Source: the human T2T-CHM13v2.0 reference genome, Homo sapiens
DNA length: 64,000 nucleotides
Direction: 5' to 3' (one strand)
Assembly: GCF_009914755.1 (NCBI RefSeq)
Contig: NC_060933.1
In this document: in pieces, positions 15,549 to 31,221 of the stretch
How the letters are laid out: every line of letters starts with the position of its first letter
Numbering within the stretch: the stretch's first letter is position 1
Translations under genes and position numbers: made by a program
The notes under the pieces: model-generated
What the model was told of the DNA's origin: nothing
Database searches by the model: none
The model's input: the letters and a program-made list of their open reading frames with translations, nothing else

Positions 15549-18299
15549 GTTGCAGTGAGGACTCTATTTCAATATTAAGGAAGAAGCATTAAACAGATGA
15601 GCCTGAACATGATGGGAGTACCCCACAGTCCTTCCTGCCCTCAGATGGGTACTGTGGCAGTTAGGTTTGGTTCCCAGTTAATGGCCTCTGGCCATCTCAC
15701 CAAGGAGCAAGCCTCCACCCCCGACCCAAGATGCCCCTGGGAGAAGTGATGGAATGTTCCCTTTGGCCCTTTTCGTATCAGGCCCCTAGGATATAATTAG
15801 GAGGCAGCTCCCAGAACAGATGTGTAGGGAGTTAGGTTGGAAAGTTTCCATGCAGAGAAAGGGGAAAAGAGGGAAGACGCTGGTTGCCTGGAGACATTTA
15901 TGAGTCTAAGATGATTTGATAAGTGATGAAGCAGCCCAGCCCTTGGTGGGGGAGGAGAGATGCTCTCAGAACTAGCTAAGTGAGGGAGGCACCAGTTTCT
16001 CTCCATATTAGAGTTGCCCAGTTAGAGTTGGATCTCAAGCCCCTGGATTATAGGGCACCATGCATTTTCCCATTCCAAAAAAAAAAAAAAGTTTTTATTT
16101 TTTTTTAATACAGAGGGGAGTAGAGGTTAAGAGAACCTTCCCAAAGTGACCATCATCTTATGAAATCCCAGAATGTCCTCATTTTATTATTCTCCAATTC
16201 TAAGACAGCTCCTCCATTCCCCCTATAGTTCAGAAGCTAAAGATCATCTGGTCAAGTTCTTCTGGGTTACACAGCTAATTAGCCATAAAGGTACAATTTC
16301 AATTCCCACTTTGCTCCCTGGGATACACCTTGCTCTTAGACTCCAAGAGTGTCAGTCAAAGGGTTCCTAAACCTGCATAGAAAACAGAGGACAGCTCTGC
16401 TCCCTATGGGTCCCATTCTTCAGCTTCCTGCAATTAAAGGCTCTAGGGATGAGGCCTATTCCTCACTGAGTTGGAGAATGGGAAGCGTAACACATGTGTG
16501 TGTCCTGCAAAGATAGGAGAGACAATGTACGCATCCCCCTTTTTCCTCTTGTGTTTTTCGCATCTGAATGAAACCAAACTCATGAGCAAATCTGGGAGTC
16601 TGAACAGCTTGCAGGCGAAAGGAGTTGAAATCTGTAACATAATCCAGGCAGAATCCCAAGTGGGCACAGACCACACGCCCTCACAGCCCTCACTCACCAG
16701 AGGCCTGTCTTCTGGCCCCACTCTCTCCTCCTCCACATCTATCCCCACCTCCATGTCTGCCTCTGTCAACAAAATGGCCTATTCCTGCAGCCTCAGTGAG
16801 CTGCTGATGTGACTAATGTAATTTACATGGAGGCCTGGAGAAGCAATCAAAATGAACTTGGAACTTGTGTTTTAAGGGTCCAGTCAACCAGAAGGCCTCT
16901 AATTTGGCACAAAATGTTACAGATACTCCCCAAAGGCAGAAGGTAGACCCTCGATAACTGTTTGATGAATGAATAACCTCATGCCTGTGCCGCCATGGGC
17001 TCCGTATTGGCTGCCTCCCGGCCCTACCTTGGAGCCTCCCTCAAGCTTTCTAAGAAGGAAATGGCTCGAGGTGACAGAGCCCCCACTGCCTGCTTGGCCC
17101 CCACTGTCCCCCACTGTCCCCCTCACTTTGCCCAGTGTTTCCTTCCAACCATACAAATCCAGACCCAGAAGCACAGGCATGTACACAAAAATATTTCCAG
17201 AACACAAACATACGATTTATTTAACAAAAATCTGTAATAACATAAATTATACACTCCACACCCCCAGGATAACTTCATGTGGATTTGAAGTCAGTGTTAA
17301 AGGGACTAGAGGAGTTTTAGTCACTCTTCTCAAAGTTACTACTCATATCTTAATTTTAAACTGCTAATATTTATTTTTAATTAAAATGTAGCATTTGGGT
17401 TTTTTATGTTTAATGTTTTAATAAACAGAAGTAAAAAGAAGAAAATTAAGATGACTTACCTCTGCAGAGATAATCTTATTCTGCAGAAATAATCTCTATC
17501 CACATTTTAAAAAGTAAATTGAACAGAAAAATTAACAGGGAAATTATCTTTTCCCACTCCATTCAAAGGTAATCATTTTTACAGTTTCTTATTTCTTGAG
17601 AAAATAACATATCTGTAACTATTTATGTATTCTTTATCAAAGGTATCTCATACACACACAAAGGGATATTCATAAACACATCAACTTCTTTCTATACCTC
17701 ACTTCTCTCATGCCTGTTATAGATTGATAATCTTTTTATATCAATAAACATAGCTTTACCTCGTTCTTTTTAAAAATTTAAGCATTTGAACAAACCCCCG
17801 CTAAAAGGCATCCCATTTAGACCACTCTCAGAATATACTATCCAGATTTTATTTGATTTTTACTGGCACTGGTTCGAAGGTCACTGTCATGCTTTGTTTC
17901 AATTAGCAAAATAAATTTGAAATAATCTCTGGCTTGTTTACTTCTCTTCAAGGAAAATAAAAAAATATTTTCCATGCAACTATTTCAAATCCACTCAACA
18001 GAAGGTTCTTCAATCCTCAAACTTTATCCAGTGAAAGCACTAATCCTGATATTTCTCTAGTTTCTTTGATGGCATGACCCCTTGTGTAAATATTGATAGA
18101 GATTACACTGACAGTTGTGTAAGCCAGCTGGATCCCAGCCAGGGACAAAGGAATTTATAAAAGGCCAGGAATAGAGAATCCAAGACAGAGAATCCCCCAA
18201 TCACCTCATTTAGCACTTTCATAATCAGATCATTAAATGATACCCTAACACTACACAAGGCCTTGAATCACCCATCAAGAAGCATACAGAACAATAGTT

Positions 18300-18525
18300 A
18301 GCAGCTCTGCCTGGGACGTCAGGCCTCCTGGGCTCAGTTTCCCACTCTGACATCTGCTACTTGTGTGATCTTGGGAAAGTTATTTACCTCCACAAACCTT
18401 AGTGCCTGTATCTCTAAAGTCAGGGCAAGTGATAGTACCTACATTGAAGAACTATTTAAGATAAAATCATATATTTCCAATAAAGACTGGCACAGAGTGC
18501 CTGACATGGATTCACACTCATTTTA
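18300..18525 (+). mobile_element. MIR
   Basis: tgtgtgatcttgggaaagttatttacctc...gatagtacctac...agagtgcctgaca. Confidence 0.75.
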
Positions 18526-19409
18526 GCGCCCAGAAGTATACACAGTCCGTGCCCTTAGGGAGCTCACGAAGTACTGGAAGAGACAACTGTGATGGGTCTA
18601 TGACACAGGGGACACACTCAATAATTCCGTGAGGAGGCACAGCAATTGCATGACACTCCTGGCCTCTGCCCCTTCCTCTCTTTCGCACCACTCTTCCAGG
18701 TCATTACAGGACTGCCCTGCTGGGTGAGGCCTGAGTCTTCCCGAACACATGATGACCTTATAGCTAAGTCCACCACATTCTGGGTTTAGGACAAGTCCTC
18801 ACTCCAGTTATGAGCCATGCTCTCTATACTTCAGCATTAACCACAATACATTTTGGTCACCTTATTGTTTGCTGTTTGGTCTTATCCTCAATTTCTTTAA
18901 AACTTGGTTGATGAAAAGGGTATTATCTATTGAATATCTCTCCTAGTTCATAAGCAAGCCATTGTTCCCTTCAGCACTTTTTTTTTTTGGCCCTCAGGGA
19001 TTCTAAAACAGCTGTCTGGTGTCTCTGCTTGAGAAGTCATTGTCACAGACTTAACTTTTCCTGGAAGGGTACATTTGCAGCTCAACAAACACATCCCAAG
19101 AGCTAAGCATGGCCAATCCCAAGCTTCCCAAACTAAGTTTAGGGCCCCATGCCAGGCTTTTTGGTTATCTTGCAACTCAGAAGCAATATTTCCAATGGCC
19201 AAATATTTCTTTGGAAAAAGACAAACATGGCCATGTGGACCCCTGTTGCTTTTTGCCCGATATCACAGTCCCATAGTCAAGGAGGCAAAATTCTATCCCA
19301 TGGGAGAACAGCTGAGCACGTCCTCTGAGGTTGTGGATACTACCACCTAGATGAATCTCTCAGATACCTTTGGGTTCATAATATTGTCTTCACACAGCGT
19401 CTTAATATC

Positions 19410-20480
<1,071 letters not shown>

Positions 20481-20692
20481 CAAAAATAGTAAAAGAGAGG
20501 CTGTTGATCTGCTATTGGGTTCCCCGCCCTTAAAATGCCAAAACTATGTTATAATAACTTGAGATTTCTAATGGTGTTCATCTGGAATTCAAAAGGCATT
20601 TGTTTGTTTGTTTATGCATTGCCTTTGTCTGAGAGCTGGATGAAACAGACAGGAATACAGCATTGCTCTTGAGGAATTCAAGAGTGAGCTGG

Positions 20693-20993
20693 TGCCAGTT
20701 TCTGTGGCTCACGTCAGTAATCCCAACACTTTGGAAGGCCAAGGTAGGAGGATCACTTGTGTCTAGGAGTTCAAGACCAGCCTGGGCAACATAGGGAGAC
20801 CCCATCTTTACAAAAAAATAAAAAATTAGCCAGGCCTGGGGGTGTGCACCTGTAGTCCCAGTTAGGAGGCTGAAGTGGGAGGATTGCTTAAGCCTGGGAG
20901 GTCGAGGTTGCAGTGAGCCATGATCATGCCACTGCACTCAACCCAGGCAACGCAGCAAGACCCTGTCTCACAAAAAAAAAAAAAAAAAAAAAA
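20693..20993 (+). mobile_element. AluJ
   Basis: cctgggcaacatagggagacccc, ggaggattgctt, ccatgatc. Confidence 0.93.
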
Positions 20994-21454
20994 CCCAGAG
21001 CAGGAAGAGACAGCCATGTAACAGAGTTTCACACTATGGGGAGAGATGGGAACTAACAGGGGCAGGTGGTACATGACCCGCAAGCAGAGAGTCACTGAAG
21101 ACTTAGAGGTCTCCAGGAAACCTTTACTCAAGGATCTCCTTCACAAGGCAATGGACCATTAAATCCTCGAAGCTTTGTAATATCAGACTAGTTGCCCATT
21201 TTGTCTTCTCTTGGGCCCAATCTTTAGAAAGCACTCTTAGCTTGTGCTATTCATTTCATTCGTATAACAAATATTTATCAAATGTCTACTATTGCTATGG
21301 GTTAGGTCTCCTTGTCTAAGTTTCCTAGGTGAAAATTATTATTTGGCATTATCAGTCATTCATATCAACCTCTAGTGGCAGAGATACCACTCACTTGGAG
21401 GCAGGGAAGCAAAACTGTCATAGATGGGTGTTCATAATCAAAGTAACACAGGTC

Positions 21455-21899
<445 letters not shown>

Positions 21900-22298
21900 T
21901 TAAAGATGGGAAAGTGAGGATCGTGGTTGAAAAGAACAGGCTCTTGATTTCCCTTAACACAGAGCCCACTGTTGGCTGGACTCAGACGTGTGAACAGCCA
22001 GAGCCAGCCAAGTGCCTGGTGCAGTTTGGACCTTTCTCTGCTAGTGAGAGAGTGGAGGAATCACAGAAATGGCACGTTGGTTAGGGAAAATCGTCCTCCA
22101 ATCATTTAACCCTCTCATCGCCAAATTTAACAGAAATCAAGCAACCTGAAAAATATCATGGGAATTCTTCCTCATCTTCCTGCCCTTCCGACCTGAGCTC
22201 TCTGTGAGGACTTTCCTGCCCATAGATGCTTGTTCTTATGGTGTGGAGATGTGTAGGAGTGCAGGAGATGCGGATGCCCACGTTTCAGGGAGGGGCCG

Positions 22299-22453
22299 CT
22301 CATTCATTCATTCATTCATTCAAAAATAGGGAGCAAGGGGCCACCCATTAATTCATTGTTTCAAAAATAGGGAGCGAGGGGCCACCCATTAATTCATTGT
22401 TTCAAAAATAGGGAGCGAGGGGCCACCCATTAATTCATTGTTTCAAAAATAGG
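22299..22453 (+). repeat. (CATT)5 followed by a 41-bp minisatellite, 3.2 copies
   Basis: caaaaatagggagc(a/g)aggggccacccattaattcattgttt at 22321, 22362, 22403, partial at 22444. Confidence 0.97.
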
Positions 22454-22595
22454 TATAAAGTGCCAAAAAAGAGGTATCATCAGCAGGAAGAGGGTGAGGA
22501 CGCACCTGGAAGCCACACACATTGGAGGACACAGGTTCTTCACTGCAAGTCTGTGTATGTGTATGTATGTGTATTTCTGGTGCTTATCCTGGTAC

Positions 22596-22598
22596 TTT

Positions 22599-22637
<39 letters not shown>

Positions 22638-22916
22638 AGACAGAGTATCACTCTGTCACCCAGGCTGGAGTGCAGTGGTGTAATCATGGCTCACTGCAGC
22701 CTCGACATCCCCAGGCTCAGGTGATTCTCCCATCTCAGCCACTTGAGTAGCTGGGACTACAGATGCACACCACACTCAGATAATTTTTATATTTTTTGTA
22801 GAAACAGGATATTGCCATGCTGCCCAGGCTGGTCTTGAACTCCTGGGCTGAAGCAATCCACCTGCCTCAGCCTCCCAAAGCATTAGGATTACAAGTGTGA
22901 GCCACCATGCCTGGCC
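22596..22916 (-). mobile_element. AluJ with T36 tail
   Basis: atcatggctcactgcagcctcg and ctgggctgaagcaatcc diagnostics. Confidence 0.93.
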
Positions 22917-24121
22917 ATATCCTCATACTTTTTTAATATGTCTGAAAAGAACTCTTGTATTATATGAAGTAAAACAGCTTATATTGACATATTATGTATA
23001 ACATTGTACTTAATGCAGTGTCTTATTAACTAGGAAGCCCAATAAAAGAAGCTTTGGTGAAAAAGGTAGCCTGTTCAGGACACAGCAGAATGTGATTTTT
23101 CACTTCTGAAGGTAGGTTACTCACACGTTTAAATTTTGTAATATCACCAGGAGCCAACATAGCCCTCAATGGAGGAAGGGAATAAAAACACTGAGAGTTT
23201 TGGGGAGCCACCCAAAACTGTTGAGGATAAAAATGACAGGGCAGGAATTTCACTTCAAGCCAGCTGTTGTCCCTTTCTAGTATACCAAGAGCTAACTTGA
23301 CCTTTGGAAGAAAAACTTTCTCATTTGGAGTAATTACTAACATTGTGGAGGGCTCCACACATCAGTGAATCCAAATAATGACCATCATGATGATAAAACC
23401 CCAAAGCAAAGGCAAGTCTCTACACAACTTACCTGGGAAGACATTCTAGATCAACACAAAGCAGAGATACAGTGGGTGGGATCGGGAGTTCAGAGCCTTG
23501 GGGAGAACTAGGGGCTGCCACTGGTCTGTCATAATGGTCTCCCACATGCCATCTTTCAACCACTTCTACTGCCTTCAGGATAAAAGGAAGGCAGCTAACT
23601 TAGAGGCACTCAAAATACATGCAGAGTTATTCCTGTTATCATCAACCTTTTTACAATCAACCACAACTTAACTATGCAAATGATTAGAACACTAGTGGTG
23701 TTTTCTTAAAAGAAAATTTAGAAAAATCAGTCATCTTCTTATCTTTAATGAATTGTGTACCCACACACAGAAGCAAATAACTTCCTAACCAGGTCATATA
23801 AAGGGCCAAGTTACACAAACCAGCCCATATCTTTACTTCTAATTACAGATGGCATTTTTTTAAAAAGAGAAAGTGCCATTATTTTAAAATTTGATTTAGA
23901 TAAAATACGCAGTTAAACATAAAAGATATTTTACATCAGTTTTAGATCATCTTAAATTAAACCTGACAGGGTTTTGGTGTCAGAAATCAAGGTCAAGTAC
24001 ACAAGATACAATGTCACAAAGCTCCCTGAAAACATTGTGGCTGTCAAAAAGAAGCATCAGTTATAAAAGCAAACTGTCTTAGCTTCTAATGAATATGCTT
24101 TTCACTCTAAAGGCAGGTTTA

Positions 24122-24439
<318 letters not shown>

Positions 24440-24574
24440 TTAAAACAAAACCAAAGCCAAAAACCTTTTAACAATTTGTTTATATCGGATTAGTTAATGT
24501 ATTCCGTTTAAAACACATGTCCCCTTCCCTACCACCAATTTTTTTTAAAAAAAGCTTTTAAACAAAGTTAAATA

Positions 24575-25112
24575 ATTCATGTTCTCACTTATAAGTGGGA
24601 GCTAAACAATGTATACACATGGACACAGAGTATGAAATAAGAGACACTGGAGACTACGTAGGGTGGGAGGTGGTGAGGGAGGAGAGATTACTTAATGGGT
24701 ACAATGTACACTACTTGGTGATGGTTACACTGAAAGCCCAGACCAGACATGGTAACTCACACCTGTAGTCCCAGCACTTTGGGAGGCTGAGGTGGGTGCA
24801 CACCTGAGATCAGGAGTTCGAGACCAGCCTGGCCAACATGGCGAAACCGTATCTCTACTAAAAATACAAAAATTAGCCAGGCATGGTGGTATATGCCTGT
24901 AATCCCAGCTACTCGGGGGACTGAGGCAGGAGAATCACTTGAACCTGGAGGCGGAGGTTCTAGTGAGCTGAGATGGCGCCACTATGCTCCAGCCTGGGCA
25001 ACAGAGTGAGACTCCATCTCAAGAAAGTAAAAATAAAAAAAGAAAAGCCCAGACTTCACCACTATGCAACATAGCCATGCAATAAAACTGCATTTTCACC
25101 CCTTAAATTTAT
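24575..25112 (+). mobile_element. L1PB (L1PB4-like) 3' end split by an Alu
   Basis: catgttctcacttataagtgggagctaa...ttacttaatgggtacaatgtacac...aaagcccagacttcaccact. Confidence 0.85.
24741..25043 (+). mobile_element. AluS nested in L1PB
   Basis: Full dimer; TSD aaagccca(gac). Confidence 0.94.
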
Positions 25113-25573
25113 TTTTTTTTAAACTTTTAATACAGAGGGGATGCTTTCTAGAATAGTTTGCCTAGGATACTATTGCAGAGCTTATTAATCAGTTAATAAG
25201 CAAATCGGCCCCTGAATTCACTAATACCAGATGAACACCTGAATCCCTTGGCAGGACTCCAAAACAACCCCAAAAGGGGAATTTATCTCTTGGTACATGT
25301 TTGAGGCATTCATTGATCAGTGAAGTAACTGGATGTTCAGAAAATGCAATTCTGAAAGAAGAACAGCACAGACACACCTCTGTCGCCTTTTTATCGCCAG
25401 AGAACTGGGGCACAGCTCTGCTATGGGAAAGCAAATTCTGAAGGACTTCGGATCTAACGAGCATGTTCCTAGCATCACTGATAATGATTCTAACATTCAC
25501 AAAAGACGTGAATTATGAGAGTGTTTCAAATGTTCCCCTTTATATTTTAGGATAGCAATATAAAGTTGAATAC

Positions 25574-25701
25574 TTATTTATTTATTTATTTATTTGAGAT
25601 GGAGTCTTGCTCTGTTGCCCAGGCTGGAGTGCAATGGCAACATCTTGGCTTACTGCAACCTCCGCCTCCGGGGTTCAAGAGATTCTCCTGCCTCAGACTC
25701 C
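25574..25701 (-). mobile_element. Alu right-arm fragment with (TTTA)n tail
   Basis: gagatggagtcttgctctg...ctcctgcctcag, then stops. Confidence 0.9.
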
Positions 25702-26802
25702 TGTGCTTGCAATTTAAAAGACTCAGAAAAATATTTCACATGTGTTGGACGGATGCATAAGTGTTCAAATAGAATGATGGCCTCACTAGTTTCTGGATTG
25801 TTTGTAACTTTACAGGATCTCCCTTTTTCATTAGGTTTTAAAAGCATTTCTTTGGATTTTGTAGGTGCATACTCAGTTCTGAGGTAGGGGAAGGAATGGT
25901 CAAATCAATGTTATTACTCATCATTGGCTCCCAAACTTCCTCATATCCCAGTTCAGGCTTAAAGGGTAGTGGGTGTTTTAATTGTGACGGCAATCAAGAA
26001 GAAAGTTCAGTTTCTTTCCCATCTTATTCTTTCCCATTTTCCAAACTCTTATATTTCAAGCTCTGATTACAGCAGTTTTCACACTAAAGTAAACACTGAT
26101 TAATCAGAAAACTGTTGGGATAAATGGAAAAGCTCCTGCCTAGAATTTTGGTGGAGAATTTGTTGTTTGTTGTTGTTGTTGTGACAACAGGTAGAGCTCA
26201 ACAGAGTACTTGGTAAGGAGAAAAATGGACCATGTGATTTTTAACACCCACCAGGACATGGGAAGCAGGGCCTGAGTTTAACATTCACCAGAGAACCAGC
26301 AACCTTGGGCTACGGCCAAAGTTGGAACATTGGCCTCTGTGTTCCCAAAGGTTCGTGCAGAATCTGAATTTTTCAAATTGGATGAGGAAGTGGGACAGAA
26401 AAATTTATTTAAACAGATGTTTTAAAAAGTAGAACATAAGAGGCTCTTAAAATACTCCCAGCCCCGAAAAACTCTCCAATAAAAAAGTGACAGAAATTAA
26501 CCATTTTCACTGAACTCTGACTGATTTCTTCACAGGCATCCTTAAGAAATTCTCCTGGAAATTCAGCCTTCCACTTTCTGAGAATGGAAAGTGGAGCTGG
26601 AGGAGTTATTTATGCATAAATGTGAGACTTTATCGAAGGGCTTTCTGGTGTTAGAAATATACTCTCCTATGATCCCGCCCCCAAAATACTACACTTGATT
26701 GCTTAAATATGAAGTTAGATATTTGATGCTTATGTTTTATACTTGATGAATTATCTCAGTAAATCAAAATATGTATTAATGATTAGTAAAAATACAAACT
26801 AA

Positions 26803-27277
<475 letters not shown>

Positions 27278-27636
27278 TGATGAGACCTTGAGAGAATGCG
27301 CTGCAGCTTCTTCCTCTGCCCCCATCCGCATCTCAGAGCTGGAACTCTGGGCATGAGGCTGTGCTCTGTTCCTGAAAGACTCAAAGGAAACAAACAGCAT
27401 TTGCTGTGTTTGTCACCTGGAGATTCTGTCAAGGCTAATCTAACCAAGGCAGCCCAGTTCGGCTGAACACAACAGACACTGTCAATGCTGCCCGCACCAT
27501 TTACCTTTGGGTGGAGATTAATTAGGTCATTCCATGGAAAAGATTACCAGAAATCTCCCTTCCTGCTATGGAAAGGTTGACAGAAAAGCAGAATCCAAAT
27601 TGAACCCCTTCAAATTATGTTAAGACACATATTTAT

Positions 27637-27815
27637 CAGTGGTTCTCGACCCTGGCTGCCCAATCAGAATCACCTGGGAGGGACCTAAAACTCAATCCAC
27701 ATGCTCTGGCTGCCTTCCAGAGCATTAACTCTGAGCCTGTGGGGGTGATACTCTTGGCATTGGCGTAGCAGCCCCACAGGTGATTCCAATGTGCAACCAA
27801 GACTGAGAATCATTG
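27637..27815. mobile_element. MER5B-like (hAT-Charlie)
   Basis: TIRs cagtggttctc...gagaatcattg; internal agaatcacctggg/caggtgattc; 179 bp. Confidence 0.8.
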
Positions 27816-28174
27816 TTTGGGATGTTCTAGTGCCTGATAAACCCAGCAGTAGGAAGAGGAGGAACTCCAAGGGACTGAGTGATAAAGGCATCCACTTACC
27901 CAAGTGTAGGACCTGCAAAAACTTCAAACAAAATTCGCAGAGGCCTTGTGAGTCGATTCAAATAAAAACATTCAACCTTTTAAGAGTGGTGGTTGACTGG
28001 ACAGCTCAAGTGCATAGACTCAACTGGATTTTGAATGCAGCAAAAGCTTCTAATGGAAGAGTAAAATGCTTTCTGAAGACAAATCCAGTCCTCACACTTC
28101 TAGAAACATTGCCTTCTAAATTAGATACTTGGAGTGGAATGGCAGGCAAAATAATCCCCTTACCGTTTAATTAT

Positions 28175-28600
28175 TGTATTTGTCCATTCTTGCATTGCTA
28201 AACAGAAATACCTGACACTGGGCAATTTATAAAGAAAATACGTTTAATTGGCTCATGGTTCTGGAGGCTGTACAGGAAGCAGGGTGCTGGCATCTGCTCG
28301 GCTTCTGGGGAGGCCTCAGGAAACTTACAATCATGGCCGAAGGTGAAGGGGGAGCAGGCACATCACATGGCCAGAGCAGGAACAAGGCTGGGGAGGGAGG
28401 AGGTGCCACACGCTTTCAAACAACCAGAATTCACGAGAACTCACTCACTGTCATGAGGACAGCACCAACCGGATGGTGCTAAACCATTCATGAGAAACCA
28501 CCCTCAGGATCCAATCACCTCCCAACAGGCCCCACCTCCAACACTGGGGATTACAATTCAACATGAGATTTGGGCACAGGCACACATCCAAACCATATCA
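28175..28600 (-). mobile_element. MST (MSTA/B) MaLR solo LTR
   Basis: tgtatt...ccaaaccatatca termini, 426 bp, degenerate 5-bp TSD attat/actat. Confidence 0.92.
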
Positions 28601-29991
28601 ACTATTAAATCTTCTTTAAAAAATCTGTTTTGGTTCTTGTCATGATTGCCCTTACAATTAAATTTAAGTCCCGTGCAAATACAACATGACCCCAGTGTAG
28701 TTTGGCGCTCCTCTAAGCAGAGCAGAGGGGCAGCGAAGGAGCTAGGGTCAGCTGTGAAGAGCCTGTAGGCCTTCTTTTTTTCTCAAGATGACTGAACATG
28801 GAACTAACGTGTTTTTGAGATGTCAGGTAGGGCTGACCTTTGCCCTTGGGAAATTCTGTATCTACATCATGCAAGCAGATTCTGCAGAACCTTTAAGGGG
28901 TTCATATTTTTTTCCTTCACTGTAGGACAGGCCTAGAATGAGAACTTCCCAAGTTCAAGAGACTGCAAACAGCAAAAATTATGATGCTTTTCTGGCTTCT
29001 GTGAAATCATCACAAGTAAACATGAGTTATAAGCTAACTCAGACTTAGGAACCCTGCCACTGAGCAAATGCCTTTGTAATATTTATTCAAGAAGTCATAA
29101 ATTCAAATTGCTCCCATAAAACACTCTTGAGAGACATTCATAAAAATTAAGGTTTATCAACAGAGTGAGCAAATACATATGAATCATTTCTTTTTAATAA
29201 AATAAGCAGGCAAGGTATAAGAAAAAATCTTCAAGGCTGTATCTTAATTGAAAAAACATGTTAGTTAAAAAACAAATGCGGAACTAAATTTCCGATAAAT
29301 TTCCTTTAATAAGTGGCCTGTCAAGTAATAGGCAAAGACTTTCAACAGCCTAGCTGAGCAATAATCTCACTAACATTTAAAATAAAACCCTCTAAAACCA
29401 CTTTAAATTCTCTTCTACATACATAAGAAAATGTTCCCAGCTCTGAAAGAAACAGAAACAAACAGAAAAAACAGCAGATAATAGAGAAATAAATACTCAG
29501 CAATAAGTAATGAGAAGACTGCACCACTGTGAAAATAAAAGCTGAAGTTTTATTCTTCCCTGACATAACTAACCAATTGTTTCAAGTCATACGATACTTT
29601 GTAAAGAAGATAACATATAGCATGCCTCCTAAACCATCACTGAATACGACTGAACCACTAATCAGTTTATCATTTTATGACCTAAGCATGGTACTTTGTC
29701 ACAGTTTCATGTTTGGAATCAAGACTAGCTCTGAGAAAAAATTATTAGAAATAACAGCCACAGGAAAATGATAGAGAAGAAATTGATGAAAATGACCTAA
29801 ACAAGTAATAAAAAAAATGAGCTTATTTCTGATTTTTGAACCTGCCCCAATAATAACCTTGTGTTTCTCGAGGGTCATTTAATTTGTAAATCACTTCCTT
29901 TTGCTCATAGTGGCTTATGAAGTAGACAGAGCATGTCTCATTTAACAGGTAAGAAAATGGAAAAACAGAGATGGTACGGCTTCCCCAGGAC

Positions 29992-30289
29992 CAGGGTCAG
30001 CAAAGTACACCAACTGATTAAATCCACTCATGGACTGTGGATTTTTTACATGGCCCATGAGTCAAAAATAGTTCTTACTATTCTCAACTGTATTCTTAAC
30101 TTACTATTCTTATTATACATTCTGTACGTAGAGTTTATAATTGAGCCACACTTATTCGTTTACTTATTAGATATTGCCTATGTCTGCTTTCTGCACTACA
30201 ACAGCAGAACTGGGTAGTTCCAACAGAGACCATATAGCCCACAAATATTGACTCCCTGGCCCTTTACAGAAAAGTTTGCAGACTCCAGC
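29992..30289. mobile_element. MER58 (MER58B-like) inserted in a MIR (approx. 29880-30370)
   Basis: cagggtcagcaaa...ctggccctttacagaaaagtttgcagactcc. Confidence 0.8.
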
Positions 30290-30305
30290 CCTAGACCCAC
30301 AGTAG

Positions 30306-30849
<544 letters not shown>

Positions 30850-30919
30850 GTGCCCCAGGATGGTTTGTACCCAGAATCTCACCCATACCTAATTTAGACA
30901 ATGAGATTTGGGACTTTTT

Positions 30920-31221
30920 TTAAAAAAAAAAAAACGGAGTTTCACTTTGTCCCCTGGCTGGAGTGCAGAGGCACCATCTGAGCTCACTGCAACCTCCACC
31001 TCACAGACTCAATGGATCCTCCCACCTCAGCCTCCCAAGTAGCTGGGATTACAAGTGTGCACCATCACACCCGGCTAATTTTTGTATTTTTTTTTTTTTT
31101 TTTGGAGATGGGGTTTCACCATGTTACCCAGGCTGATCTCAAAACCCTGGGCTCAAGAGATGGCTGCCTGCCTCGGCCTCCCAAAGTACTGGGTTACAGG
31201 CACAACCCACTGTGCCTGGCC
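30920..31221 (-). mobile_element. AluJ
   Basis: 15-bp TSD gatttgggacttttt (30905-30919 / 31223-31237). Confidence 0.92.

Noticed and set aside
16103-16119. 17-bp match ttttaatacagagggga with 25125-25141
   Set aside because: One AT-rich 17-mer match in 64 kb is plausible by chance and the flanks do not align.
16969-17367. 132-aa proline-rich ORF
   Set aside because: The prolines come from a C-rich ccccactgtc micro-repeat; no homology or promoter/splice support.
22321-22453. 41-bp repeats as a CRISPR-like array
   Set aside because: Head-to-tail copies without unique spacers, in primate DNA with no cas genes.
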